Under the pieces are notes generated by a model. The model did no database searches, had not been told where the DNA came from, and saw only the letters and a list, made by a program, of their open reading frames with translations. 40,998 nucleotides of DNA from Octopus bimaculoides (taxonomy: Eukaryota). Position 1 is the stretch's first letter, and every line of letters begins with the position of its first letter. The DNA is taken from the NCBI RefSeq assembly GCF_001194135.2, contig NC_068982.1, forward strand, positions 132,587,450 to 132,628,447, in the 5' to 3' direction. The translations under genes were made by a program, and so were the position numbers. Positions 11,827 to 23,002 of this stretch are shown piece by piece.

Positions 11827-12596
11827 CAACATATTTGAAATACTTTTTCCATCTGTATATCAAACAATTTCAGATGGTAGAATATGTAAGTCTGTTTTTA
11901 CTCACTTTACTTGGATGAGAGCAATTACCATTCCTATTTTACAGGTGAATAGCTTTCAAATTTGTCTCTAACAATATGACTGAGATCAAAGATATATAAA
12001 TAAATCATTCCATCCTTGATATTTGAGAAAATAGACATAAAATTCTAAAACAAAATTTTAAAATTCTTAGTTTGATATTTATATTAATAAAATATCCATT
12101 AAGTTCAAGTTCAGAAACTATATTTTCCGAGCCATTACACAGGCAAAGATGTATGAGATGATCATGTAGAATTAATCTAGCAATATGGTTCTCAGAAAGG
12201 TGATAAAGTAAACTATTTTAAGTGGAAAAATCAATGCGTGACATTCTAAGAAGGTTTCTGCTTTTATTTATATTTTTATTCTATTTTATTTCAATTTTGT
12301 TTTTTTTTATTAAATTCTGTTGTGAATATTATTGTATTGAGGTTGTCAGAGATTTCTAAAATATTAAATTTAAAGCTTTAGTCTATGGTTTATGTGTACA
12401 CAGGGATCTATAAAGAAAAGAACTTTTCTCTTTTATCTTTTACTTGTTTCAGTTTCTAGACTGCAGCCATGCTGGAGCACTGCCTTGATGGATTTAGTCA
12501 AGCAAATCAACCTTGTAAGCTGCTATGCATCCAATAATGACCAATGGCCAAGCATTCAAAATGAAATAGAAACTTAGAAGATATGAATCGTTCACC

Positions 12597-12668
12597 TTCA
12601 TTTTCTATTCTTAATTAGGAATCCTAGCTTTCATCCCAGCAACCTGGGTTCAATTCCCAGCATAAGAA
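12597..12668 (+). pseudogene. tRNA-Glu(TTC)-like relic (pseudogene or SINE head)
   Basis: 12615-12668 ttaggaatcctagctttcatcccagcaacctgggttcaattcccagcataagaa aligns ungapped (about 39/54, mostly transitions) to the 3' part of a vertebrate-type tRNA-Glu(TTC) as I recall it. The 5' acceptor/D arm is not recognisable. Confidence 0.5.
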
Positions 12669-12689
12669 AACCTCTATATTTGTGAGCAC

Positions 12690-12800
12690 AGGCTGGTTGT
12701 ATAGTTAAGAAGCTCTTTGCAACCTCATACTTTTAGAGCTCAGTTCTACTGCATGGCACCTTGAGCTGAAAAATGGTAGATAAAAACTGTGTGGAACCTC

Positions 12801-12836
<36 letters not shown>

Positions 12837-12939
12837 TATGTATGTAAGTGTGTGTGTGTGTGCATGTGCGTGCATGTGCATTCATGTGCATACATGTGCG
12901 TTCATGTGCGTGCATGTGCATGTGTGTTATTGTGTATGT

Positions 12940-13000
<61 letters not shown>

Positions 13001-13220
13001 TGTGTGTCTGTCTGTCTGTCTGTCTTTGTGACTATGTTTTTTCCCTCTTCCACCATTTGACAACCAGTGTTGGTTTATAACTCAGCAGCTGGCAAAAGAA
13101 ACCACCAAATTATGTACCAGACTGAAAGATAATAAGCACTGGGGTCGGTTATTTTTAACTAAACCCTTCAAGGTGGTACCCCAGCATGGCCACAGTCTGA
13201 TGACTAAAATAAGTAAAGAT
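12690..13220 (+). mobile_element. SINE family A pieces (head 12690-12770, tail 13010-13220) split by a (GT)n block
   Basis: ggctggttgtatagttaagaagct...gcatggcaccttgagc; ttgacaacc.gtgttggt...aataagcactggggtcg...cccagcatggccacagtc..atgact.aaa.aagtaaa. Confidence 0.65.
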
Positions 13221-14000
13221 AACAGATATACTAAAACTATAAGGATAGTAAATTCCTATTCCTTTAGCCAGTTGTCATTGTTGTTGTTATTGTTACCAAC
13301 ATTGCCGTATCATTAAAAACAAGTTGAGTTTTGTCTGTGTTATTTTTTTTCTTGGCCTTTCTGGAATATGAAGAAGCCATTGCAAATGGGAGATGTCAAT
13401 CAGCTTAACCAATCAAAATAAATTAAAACAAAACAATAAAACATATAGGAAGCCTGCTAGCTACAAATTCTTTATCCTTCTTACATATGTTTACTTCAGA
13501 ATAATTTGTCTGGTAGTAGTTGTGGTCAGACAGTAGATAATGCCATTCTATTGAAAACATAACATTCAGAACATCTGTTAATGTTATAGACAGCATTTTA
13601 AAAAGAAATCACGGTGATTGTGTCCAACATTTAGGAGACCAAGGTAGCAGGAGTTACATGCCTTGATCATTGAGGTGAATCCTTAATTATTCAACTGATA
13701 ACCTGATACCCAGTCAACTTACTCATCCATGGCAGGTTAAGTATCTTGACCACTAATACAACATATTTTAGTGATGGGGCACAAGTTGTCCTCTAAGCTC
13801 CTTCTCTTCAGGAAAATCATTATACTGGGTTTTGCAAAAGTTCTGTTACACTTGGTTCTGATCTTTCAAGAGGTTAACGTGTGTGATAGACAAAGTGCTG
13901 ACAAAAATACTTTGAGTTCTACTTTTCCAGCATGTATCATTAAAACATTTTTCCATTGTGTGCAGGTGTATTGAGATGGAAGTGAAAAGAATCAAGATCT

Positions 14001-14217
14001 TCCTTTCATTACCAACCAACCGGCTCTGGCTCTGAGAACAAATGTCTTGTTTTCATAAGCTTTGAATTAAAATCTTCGACCAAACCTTAGCCACAATTTA
14101 TGTTCCTAATACTATCTGAATGATAACTAAGTTATTTTACTAAATTCTTTGTTGTATTTAAAGTAATTGAAAGAAACACAGAGCATCTCAAAATCAATAC
14201 AGTAATGAAAGTGTTAA
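14001..14217. mobile_element. Short non-autonomous DNA element (piggyBac-like MITE, tentative)
   Basis: Terminal inverted match tcctttcattac (14001) / gtaatgaaagtg (14202), with TTAA immediately on the right. The left TTAA is not preserved. Confidence 0.45.
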
Positions 14218-14544
14218 ACGCATATCTATATGCTAAAACAATAAAAAATATATGTCTAACTGCATTAAAACTATCATTGTGTCCTTTGTTGAGAGCATCA
14301 TGATGAGTGTAACAGGACTTTGGCAAAGCCTGGTTGATATGAATGTCACCATTTCCCAATTTTCCTATTAATTTCCCTTAAATTTGAAACTACAACCCAT
14401 GAGTTGCAAATCCTCTTAGGTATTTGACATCAATACATTAATCATTTTTTTTTTTTTGAGCCCTAGAACTCATAAGGCCAGTTACCAGATTTCCAAGATC
14501 ACAACAGTCTGTTGCAGAGTTCAAGGCCAACAATATTGAGGGAA

Positions 14545-14722
14545 GGGAACAAGTCAGTTACATCAACCCCAGTACTTGACTGCTACATTAATTTATCAAC
14601 CCCTAAGGCATGAAGAGCAATGCTAACCTTTGCAGGATTTGAACTCAGAACATCGAATCAGAAGAAATGCAGCTGAGCATTTCAGTCAATATATTAACAA
14701 TTCTGCCAGATTGCTGCCTTCT
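14545..14722 (-). mobile_element. SINE family B, decayed
   Basis: acatcaaccccagta.....tac...atttatcaacccc...atgaa...caa.g..aacct...gatttgaactcagaac...ttctgccag.ttgctgcctt. Confidence 0.75.
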
Positions 14723-15254
14723 ATACAATATTAGAAATTATTTTCATTATTCAGTCTTCACTAAGTATTAAATTTAATCTCAACAGCATCCCCTAAAATA
14801 AAGAAATTTATCAAATAGAAAGACAGTGTACTTTTAAAGATATGTGTATGTAGTAGTGGTGGTGGTAGTGGTGGTGATGATGGTAGTGGTAGTGATGGAA
14901 GGGACTGTGTGAATCTGTATGTGCTCCTAGGTATGTTTTAATGTTTGTTTAATTCTTTGTATAAGAAAACCAATATTCATTTATACTCTTAGTTAGGCCT
15001 CTGTCATTAATAAAATAACATTTTCACAGCTCATTCTACTATGTTCTAATTATTTTAAAATTATTTCAAGTTTAAATCATAGCCAATCATTGAATGAATT
15101 AATTAAGGTTAACTCGAATGTTTTAAGATTATATTCTATATTTTTGTTTAAATTTTCGCTGTCTGTCTTTTCCATCCTGCATTTTAATAGAAAATTTCTC
15201 AAAGCCCTTTGAAACAATTTAATTACTACTACTGATGAACCAAATATTATTGTA

Positions 15255-16500
15255 TTTACATAAGTGCATGAGTTTGTCAGCCCACTCTTTTTCATTATAG
15301 TCCTCCGGGTCTTAACAGAGGAATACAAAACTGGGTGCCCGTGGGAACTGTTATATGCTGATGACCTTGCTCTTTTTGCAGAATCTTTAGCAGAATTGGA
15401 AAAGAAATTCCAGATATGGAAACAAAACCTGAGATCAAAGGGCCTTACAATTAACCTAGCGAAGCCCAAAGTTGTTGTTAGTAAGAAAGAAGATAAAATT
15501 CTGTTTCTGTCAGGTAAATGGCCCTGCTCAATGTGCAAGAAAGGAGTTGGAAGAAATTCCATCTGCTGCAGCCATTGTAAACTGTGGACACATAAGTGAT
15601 GCAGTGGAATGACTGGTAGATTAACAGATAAAGTCATTTTCATATGTGGCAGATGTACAAGAACAATAAGCTCTAAGAGCACACAGGACTTCGATTCTCT
15701 CAAATGCCCAGGAGGCTCTCTTAAACAAAAATATAGAAAATAATTCACTACTACCACCACCACCACCATCCCCACTACCATTACTACCACCACCACTGAT
15801 ACTACATACACATATCTTTAAAAGTACACTGTCTTTCTATTTGATAAATTTCTTTATTTTAGGGAATGTTGTTGAGATTAAATTTAACATTTAGTGATGA
15901 ATAATGAAAATATATTTCTAACATGGTATAGAAGGCAGTGATCTGGCAGAATTGTTTAATACATTGAATAAAATGCTCAGTTGCATTTCTTGAGGTTGTA
16001 GATAGTTTTTGTTACTTACGTGACCAAATTAGCAATGGTAGAGGATGCGCTGAAAGTATTTGTTTCCAGAATAAGAATAAGGTGGAGGAAATGCAGAGAG
16101 CTATTAACTCTGTTAGCGACAAAAGGACTCTCTCTCAGAGTGAAAGGCAGACTACTCTGAATGCAGAAGACGTGCGTAGACTGGAGAGAAATGAAGGTAG
16201 TATACTCTGTTGGATGTGCAACATCAGTGCACATGTGCAGCAAAGTGCAAATATATTGAGAGAAATGTTGGGCATAAGAGGAATCAAATGTAGCATGCAA
16301 GAGAGAAGACTACATTGGTTTGGATATGTGATCCATATGAACGAAGACAGTTGTATAAAGAAGTGCCAATCACTGATTGGAAGAGGGAGACCCAAGAAGA
16401 TATGGGATGAAGTGGTAAGGACTGATCTCTGGAAGCTGGGCCTCAGAGAGGAAATGACAATGGACTGAGATGTCTGATGATATGAAGTTCTTGAGAAGAC
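15255..16500 (+). mobile_element. RTE-clade LINE fragment with PHD finger, interrupted by an insertion at 15723-15991
   Basis: SPLFFIIVLRVLTEEYKTGCPWELLYADDLALFAES...GLTINLAKPKV...WPCSMCKKGVGRNSICCSHCKLWTHK*CSG...FICGRC...LKCPGGSL | EVVDSFCYL...LATKGLSLRVKGRL...MQERRLHWFGYV...GRGRPKKIWDEVV. Confidence 0.92.
15723..15991 (-). repeat. Inverted copy of local sequence (14662-~14890 plus 15134-15151) inserted into the RTE
   Basis: The reverse complement aligns at about 92%, including a perfect 65-bp stretch (14791-14855 vs 15800-15864). TCTT is present at both junctions. Confidence 0.9.
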
Positions 16501-17284
16501 CCACCCACATCAATGAAACTGAAGCACTGTGTCCCACCTGCACTTAACAAGGAAATTTCTCAAACACCCTGCCACAACAAACCAAACTACTTCCCTACAT
16601 TTCTTCTCTTCCTTGCATTTCCACTTCATGCATTATGCTTACCTCCCACTACTCACCAATCTTGTCCTCTTGGCCCTGACTCACTGTATCATTGCTATCT
16701 GCTAGCCCCCTACCTGTGTGTTCCACTCACACATAACAAGAAGACTTTTCCCTCACCCTACCCCAACAAACCAATCTACATCTCTTCTCTTCCTCACGTT
16801 TCTTCCTTCATACACTATGCTTACCTCTCACTCCCCAATCTCGTCCTCACAGCACTGTTCCTCTGTATCATAGCTATCCAGTAGCCCTCACCACCACCAC
16901 CACCACCATCACACACACACACACACACTTTATATATACCCTGGTTTTCACTACTCACTTCCCAGTCCCTCCACAATCTCTAATCACACTTCTTTTGCCA
17001 TATCCTGCCACTTATATTATGATGTTCAAACCTCAAGGGTTCCTTTTACTCAACCATTCCATTTATATTCTGATCCCTGTCCCTTGTGAGTATTCCTGGC
17101 ACATTACCACCATCTCAACCCCACTATCTCCCACTCCCCCTCTCCCCCTCTCCCCCTATCACCCCTCTCTCTCTTTCTCTCCTTCTCTTGCACCTCCCTC
17201 AGGTTGAGTAACCATGTATTTCCTTTGCAGCAGCACACTTGTTTCTGTCTTCATTCCTGATCTCTCTCTCTCTCTCTCGCTCTC

Positions 17285-17760
17285 CACCAGGCTCCAATCT
17301 GATCTGGCAGAGTTTCTACAGCTGGATGCCCTTCCTAACGCCAACCACTCCGAGAGTGTAGTGGTTGCTTTTACGTGCCACTGGCACGAAGGCCAGTCAG
17401 GCGGGTACTGGCAATGGCTACACTCAAAATGGTGTTTTTTACATGCCATCTATGCTGACATGGGTGGGATGGTTTGGCAGGAGCCGGCCAGGCAGAAGCC
17501 TGCACCAGACTTCTGTGACTGTTTTGGCAGGATTTTTACAGCTGAATGCCTATCCTAACACCAGCCACTCAGTTGAGTAGTTTTATGTGGTACAAGTACG
17601 GATGAAGTCAGTATTGGCAAAGTTTTTACTGCTGGATGCCCTTCCAAACACCAACCACTTTACAGTCTGGACTGGATGTTTTTCAAGTGGCACCTGCACT
17701 GACAGGGTCACTAAGTACTTGCAAGACAAAAAGAAAAATTCTTTTGTATGGAGAAGGTAC
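17285..17760 (-). mobile_element. Two or three stacked RTE 3'-tail repeats (family C)
   Basis: caccaggctccaatctgatctggcagagtttctacagctggatgcccttcctaacgccaaccactccgagagtgtag. The ggatgcccttcc.aac motif recurs near 17540 and 17630. Confidence 0.85.
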
Positions 17761-18058
17761 ATTGGAGGAAGTGATCTTGTGTCAGATGAGGAAAAGTTAT
17801 AGTGAGACAGAGAGAGAGAAGCAGGTATCTTGCTGTAGAGGAGGTACAAGGTTATCCAGCCAGATAATTGTCACATTTAGTGACATTTGTATATACTTAT
17901 ATATATATATATATATATATNNNNNNNNNNNNNNNNNNNNNNNNNNNNNNNNNNNNNNNNNNNNNNNNNNNNNNNNNNNNNNNNNNNNNNNNNNNNNNNN
18001 NNNNNNNNNNNNNNNNNNNNNNNNNNNNNNNNNNNNNNNNNNNNNNNNNNNNNNNNNN

Positions 18059-18097
<39 letters not shown>

Positions 18098-18269
18098 CAT
18101 ACATACATACATACAAACATACACATATATATATTTGAAACTCTATGAATATTACTTAATAGTTTTTGAAGTGTTAAAGTGATGTTTAAAAAAAAAATTT
18201 TCTTTAATGTTATGAAATCTGTTATGAGGGTGTTAATATATACAAATGATTTTTTTTTTTTTTAGTTTC

Positions 18270-18385
18270 TGCCCCAGCGCTATAGTAGAAGACATTTGCC
18301 CCCAGTGCTATGCAGTGGGCCTGAACCCAAAACCAAAACCACGTAGTTCGGAAGAAAGCTTTTAACCATACAGTTACACCCACAT
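18270..18385 (-). mobile_element. SINE family A head
   Basis: gctatagtagaagaca.ttgccc....gc.a.gcagtggg.ctgaaccc...acca.gt.gtt.g..ag.aagct..ttaacca.acag. Confidence 0.75.
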
Positions 18386-19399
18386 GTGCACACACGCACG
18401 CACTGATATACATTCATATATACGTATATATATATGTATACGCACATGGTTTTTTTTTTCTCATTAAGGAATAATCATATTTTTCACATTAAATCTGTAA
18501 CACCATGCTCTCTCCCCCCCTCTCTCTCTCTCTCTCTCATTCAAAGTGTCATCAGAATTGGCAAACATAATGCAGTCTTGTTACTATGACTAGTCACCAT
18601 GTCTCTCTGCTTTCCAACATGCTTTTCCAACCTAATCAGTACCCCTGCTGAGTTGATACTGCAGACAACCAAACTTTCTGTCAAATTCAGTTGAAGTGAC
18701 TTCCTCTTTTTCTGCATTTCCACATTCCTCTAAAGCTGTTTTTTCACTACTTTTTCAATATTCATTTATATATTTCTTTTAAAAATATCTAATCAATAAG
18801 CTTTCTCTTAATCTGATATCACCCTGGAAGAATCCATTTTTTCTTTCTTTTCTTATTTCTTATTTTCTTTAAGTAGTTTCTTTTTTCTTTCTTTGCATTT
18901 TTGAGGACTAAATATAACTAGATAAGAAATTAAATTAGAAAAAGTTATACAACCTAAATTTCACCAATGTTGTTGATTCTTAAAAATCCCCTAAATTATT
19001 ATTCCAAATTACATATATAATATGTATTTGTATATGTGTATATATGTGTGCATGTGTGTTGGTGGTAAGGGTTAAGTATATTAAACATCATATATTTTTA
19101 TGAATGCTCTTCATTTTGATTTTAAAATGTTGTTTATGAATCTGTAATGTTTAATGTGCTTATTTTCAATTATTACACAAATATGTGTATGTATATATGC
19201 ATATATGTATACATGTATGTATGCATATGTGTGTATACATAGACATATATATGTGTGTGTGTGTGTGACATCTATTTCTGTCTCTTTCTCTTTCTTTGCC
19301 TCTCTTTTGTCTTCTTCCCTATCTCTTTCTTTCTCTTTCCCTCCTGTTCTAACTTTCTGTCTATCCTTCTCTTGTCTCCAGTCGTACAGAACATTTTCA

Positions 19400-20440
19400 T
19401 TTTTCTTTGCATTACCCCACATCTGCCTTTCCGGTAGTTTAATGAAATCATTTTATGGTTGCATTTGTGCATGTACTGCACATGAAGTTCCTTTTCTCTC
19501 CTTGTATGCTTGTAATTCCATTGCACTTTCTATGCACTCAACTACATATACTGGCTACACAGTATAGAGTTCCTTCTTGTTTATTTCATTTCCTGCATAT
19601 CAAGCATCACTACTTCCCATATGGCAGGATTTTATTTTGTCTTTTCTCAGTTACTTTTAATGTTCTTCATTTTACACATTGCTTCCATGTTTGGAATATC
19701 TCTTCTGACTCTTCAGCTGATTCAACTCTGCTAACTAGATCATCAGCAAACAGAAGTTCACATGAACAAGAAGTCTTGAACTCTTGAACTCTTTATAGAG
19801 AGATATAAACAGAAAAAGATTGTAAGCAGAACCTTGATGAACACCTACCTGCACGCTAACTTAGTCACTAAGCTCATTGATAACTCTCACTTTGCTAATA
19901 GTACCTCTGTAGTGCATGGATTGACCAGAATCTTCAAGCCATCCATCTAAACTCAGTTTTCTTAACTTGTAGTTAAGAAGTTAAGAAAACTGAGTTTAGA
20001 TGGATGGCTTGAAGATGTTGGTCAATCCATGCACTACAGAGGTACTATCAGCAAAGTGAGAGTTATCAATGAGCTTAGTGACTAAGTTAGCATGCAGGTA
20101 GGTGTACATCAAGGTTCTGCTTACAATCCTCTGAATGTGGTACTCTATCAAAGACATCTCCAGATCAACAAAAGTTGACTTTATGGTTTGCTTTTGGTAG
20201 CTTTTGGTTTGCTCCTGTAGCTGACTCCCAAAAAAGATTGCAATGGTGGTTCCACATTCTTGCCCAAATTGAAATTAAACCTTATCTAAACTAACTCACT
20301 TTGATAAACTTTATGACAACTCTTCTTGCCATTTACCAATTTGATGATTTGATAGCTCTATATGAGTTTCTTTATAGATTATCTCCTTTAGCCTTGTTTC
20401 ATGCTGATTGCTAGCTTTACTGCTATGCCAATTCTAGAAA
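19400..20440 (-). mobile_element. RTE-clade LINE RT fragment, decayed, interrupted by an inverted duplication
   Basis: Minus strand: VSLD..QF.F..G.GTT.AIF..QLQE...FVDLEMSFDRVPHSE | LRKLSLDGWLE...QVGVHQGSA...EFKTSC.CELLFADDLV...CLICRK...VHRKCNGI...FMCSTC. Confidence 0.85.
19818..20128. repeat. Near-perfect palindrome with 150-bp arms and an 11-nt spacer
   Basis: Arms 19818-19967 and 19979-20128 differ at 5 positions by manual alignment. Confidence 0.95.
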
Positions 20441-21007
20441 ACATGACAGCCTCATACTTTTGCTGGAAACATTAGAAAACATGTCAAAATATGTAAAATG
20501 AAGTGAGAAGTGATCCCCAACCCATTTAAGAGAGTGATAACTCTGAATAAGAACTGACTTGGATCATAACAACTCATCTTCCATACAGCAATGATGATGA
20601 TGATGATGACAGTGACGACAATGACAACGATGAAGACAATGACGACGGTGACAACAATGATGACAATGACGACGACGATAATGATGACTGTGTTGTATTT
20701 CTATGTTTGCATGGGCTAGCACATGCCTGAGTGCCACCTGAAGCTAAACAAGAAAAACAACAACAAATCTTACTAGAATCAAGTCTGGCCAAATGATTAA
20801 TAAAGTTCCTTTCACAATTATAAGATCATAAATTCATTCTTGATTGGGACCACCTTTTACAGATGTTTTCTATCACTTAGCTGATAGCCTTGAGTCAACA
20901 CAAGCCTTTTGGTTTAAGCTGAGTAAACCAAAACAGCTTGAAAATCCATTACAGATTGATTATATCTGTAATTCAAAAGGTCACTATTTCACATACTTTA
21001 ACATATA

Positions 21008-21430
21008 GGTGTAGGAGTGGCTATGTGGTAAGTAGCTTGCTTACGGACCACATGGTTCCGGGTTCAGTCCCACTGCGTGACACCCTGAGCAATTGTCTTC
21101 TACTATAGCCTCAGGCCGACCGAAGCCTTGTGAGTGGATTTGGTAGATAGAAACTGAAAGAAGCCCGTCGTAATATGTATATATATGTATGTATACGTGT
21201 GTGTATATGTTTGTGTGTCTGTGTTTGTCCCCCACCCCACCCAACATCACTTGACAACCGATGCTGGTGTATTTACATCCCCGTAACTTAGCGGTTTGGC
21301 AAAAGAGACCGATAGAATAAGTACTAGGCTTACAAAGAATAAGTCCTGGGGTCGGTTTGCTCGACTAAAGGTGGTGCTCCAGCATAGCCACAGTCAAATG
21401 ACTGAAACAAGTAAAAGAGTAAAAGAGTAA
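21008..21430 (+). mobile_element. SINE family A, full length
   Basis: ggtgtaggagtggctatgtggtaagtagc (A box), gggttcagtccc (B box), body, (TA/TG) linker, tail ending (gtaaaaga)n. Confidence 0.9.
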
Positions 21431-21479
21431 TACTGTTTCTGTCAGGGGATTGCATTAAGTATACCAGTGTCTATGGAGT

Positions 21480-21577
21480 AGAGTCATTAGTGCAGAGTCA
21501 TTAGTGCAGAGTCATTAGTGCAGAGTCATTAGTGCAGAGTCATTAGTGCAGAGTCATTAGTGCAGAGTCATTAGTGC
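21480..21577. repeat. Perfect 14-bp minisatellite (AGAGTCATTAGTGC) x7
   Basis: Seven identical units counted. Confidence 0.95.
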
Positions 21578-21694
21578 TTCATTCAAGACTACATATTGGC
21601 ATTTGTTTTGATTCTTTATGTTCTGAGTTCAAATTCTGCTGAGGTCAACTTTGCTTTTTGTCCTTTTGAGGTCAATAAAATAAGTACCAGCTGA

Positions 21695-22103
21695 TTACTC
21701 TTTTACTCTTTTACTAGTTACAGTCATTTGACTGTGGCCATGCTGGAGCACTGCCTTTAGTCAACCAATTGACTTCAGGACTTATTCTTTGCAAGCCTAG
21801 TACTTATCCTATCGGTCTCTTTTGCCGAACCGCTAAGTTACGGGGATGTAAACACACCAGCATCGGTTGTCAAGTGATGTTGGGGGGGGGGGGACAAACA
21901 CAGACACACAAACACACATACACATATATACATATACATATATACGGTGGGCTTCTTTTCAGTTTCTGTCTACCAAATCCACTCACAAGGCTTTGGTTGG
22001 CCCGAGGCTATAGTAGAAGACACTTGCCCAAGGTGCCACGCAGTGGGACAGAGCCCAGAACCATGTGGTTGCTAAGCAAGCTACTTACCACACAGCCACT
22101 CCT
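21695..22103 (-). mobile_element. SINE family A, full length, inverted relative to 21008-21430
   Basis: The reverse complement aligns along its whole length with 21008-21430. Confidence 0.9.
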
Positions 22104-22489
22104 TCTCCAAAATGATTTACTTCCTTCTCCAAATGATTCACCTCCTTCTCCAAAATTGCAGGCCTTGTACCAGAATTTGAAACCATTCAATGATTAAGTA
22201 GCTCAGATGACAGGAGATCTGGAATATATAGAGTCACCACTTTTCAAGGCTGACCATGCATCTACACATTTATATGTAGGCCTGGGCTAGATCTTTTGCA
22301 GAAGGCTGACAGTTGTTTATGCATTCGATTCTCTCTCCATGTCATCAATATTCATCCAAGAGAAAAGTCATCAACTTAGACCGATATGGTTTAGCACCAG
22401 GATCATTACAAGCATTGCTGACAGAACACAAAGCACCAGATCAGATACCACAAGGAATCTTGCACGACCAAGTCCACCAGCCTACTACC

Positions 22490-22625
22490 TGAGATTGGTA
22501 ATTGGTACATTTTTATCAACCCCCTAAAGGATGAAAAGCAAAGTCGACCTTGGCAGAATTTGAACTCAAAGTGCAGGGAACCATAAAACATTTTGCTCCA
22601 GTGTGCTAATGACTCAGCCAGTTCA
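22490..22625 (-). mobile_element. SINE family B
   Basis: ggtacatttttatcaaccccc.aaaggatgaaa.gcaaagtcgaccttggcagaatttgaactc...gctaatgactcagccag. Confidence 0.8.
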
Positions 22626-22848
22626 TCGCAAATAACTGGAATACTCATGACTGAAACCAACAGGAGATCTGTTTATGTACAACCAAGATATCATATGTCC
22701 AGTATAAACTGCTACAGTTATTACATCATTTCATAGCGTTTGTATATCATGGATGTTAGATGAGGGAATGGTGAAAAACTAATGCTGTTGCTACTATGAT
22801 AGCAGCTGTTATACTATTTGTTTATCAAGTATGAGCAAATGGTGCGTG

Positions 22849-22896
<48 letters not shown>

Positions 22897-23002
22897 TGTC
22901 TGTCTGTCTTTGTGCTACATAACTGTTGCTGCTGCTCTTGCAACTAATACTACTGTTGCTGCTGTTTGTGTACCAAGTAACATTTAAAAACATAAAAAAA
23001 AA

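Larger units (their letters stand above)
21470..22190 (+). mobile_element. SINE family B split by insertion of a family A SINE
   Basis: Head and centre at 21470-21694 (gttctgagttcaaattc...aaataagtaccag). The tail resumes after 22104 (ccaaaattgcaggccttgtaccagaatttgaaacc). Confidence 0.7.

Noticed and set aside
21008-21085. SINE heads as tRNA genes
   Set aside because: A/B boxes are present, but there is no complete cloverleaf and they continue into SINE bodies.
21480-21577. CRISPR-like appearance of the regular repeat
   Set aside because: The units are contiguous with no unique spacers, the context is eukaryotic and there are no cas genes.
22340-22480. Peptide KVINLDRYGLAPGSLQALLTEHKAPDQIPQGILHDQV, faintly like an RLE-type LINE C-terminus
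   Set aside because: The similarity is too weak to call without a profile search.
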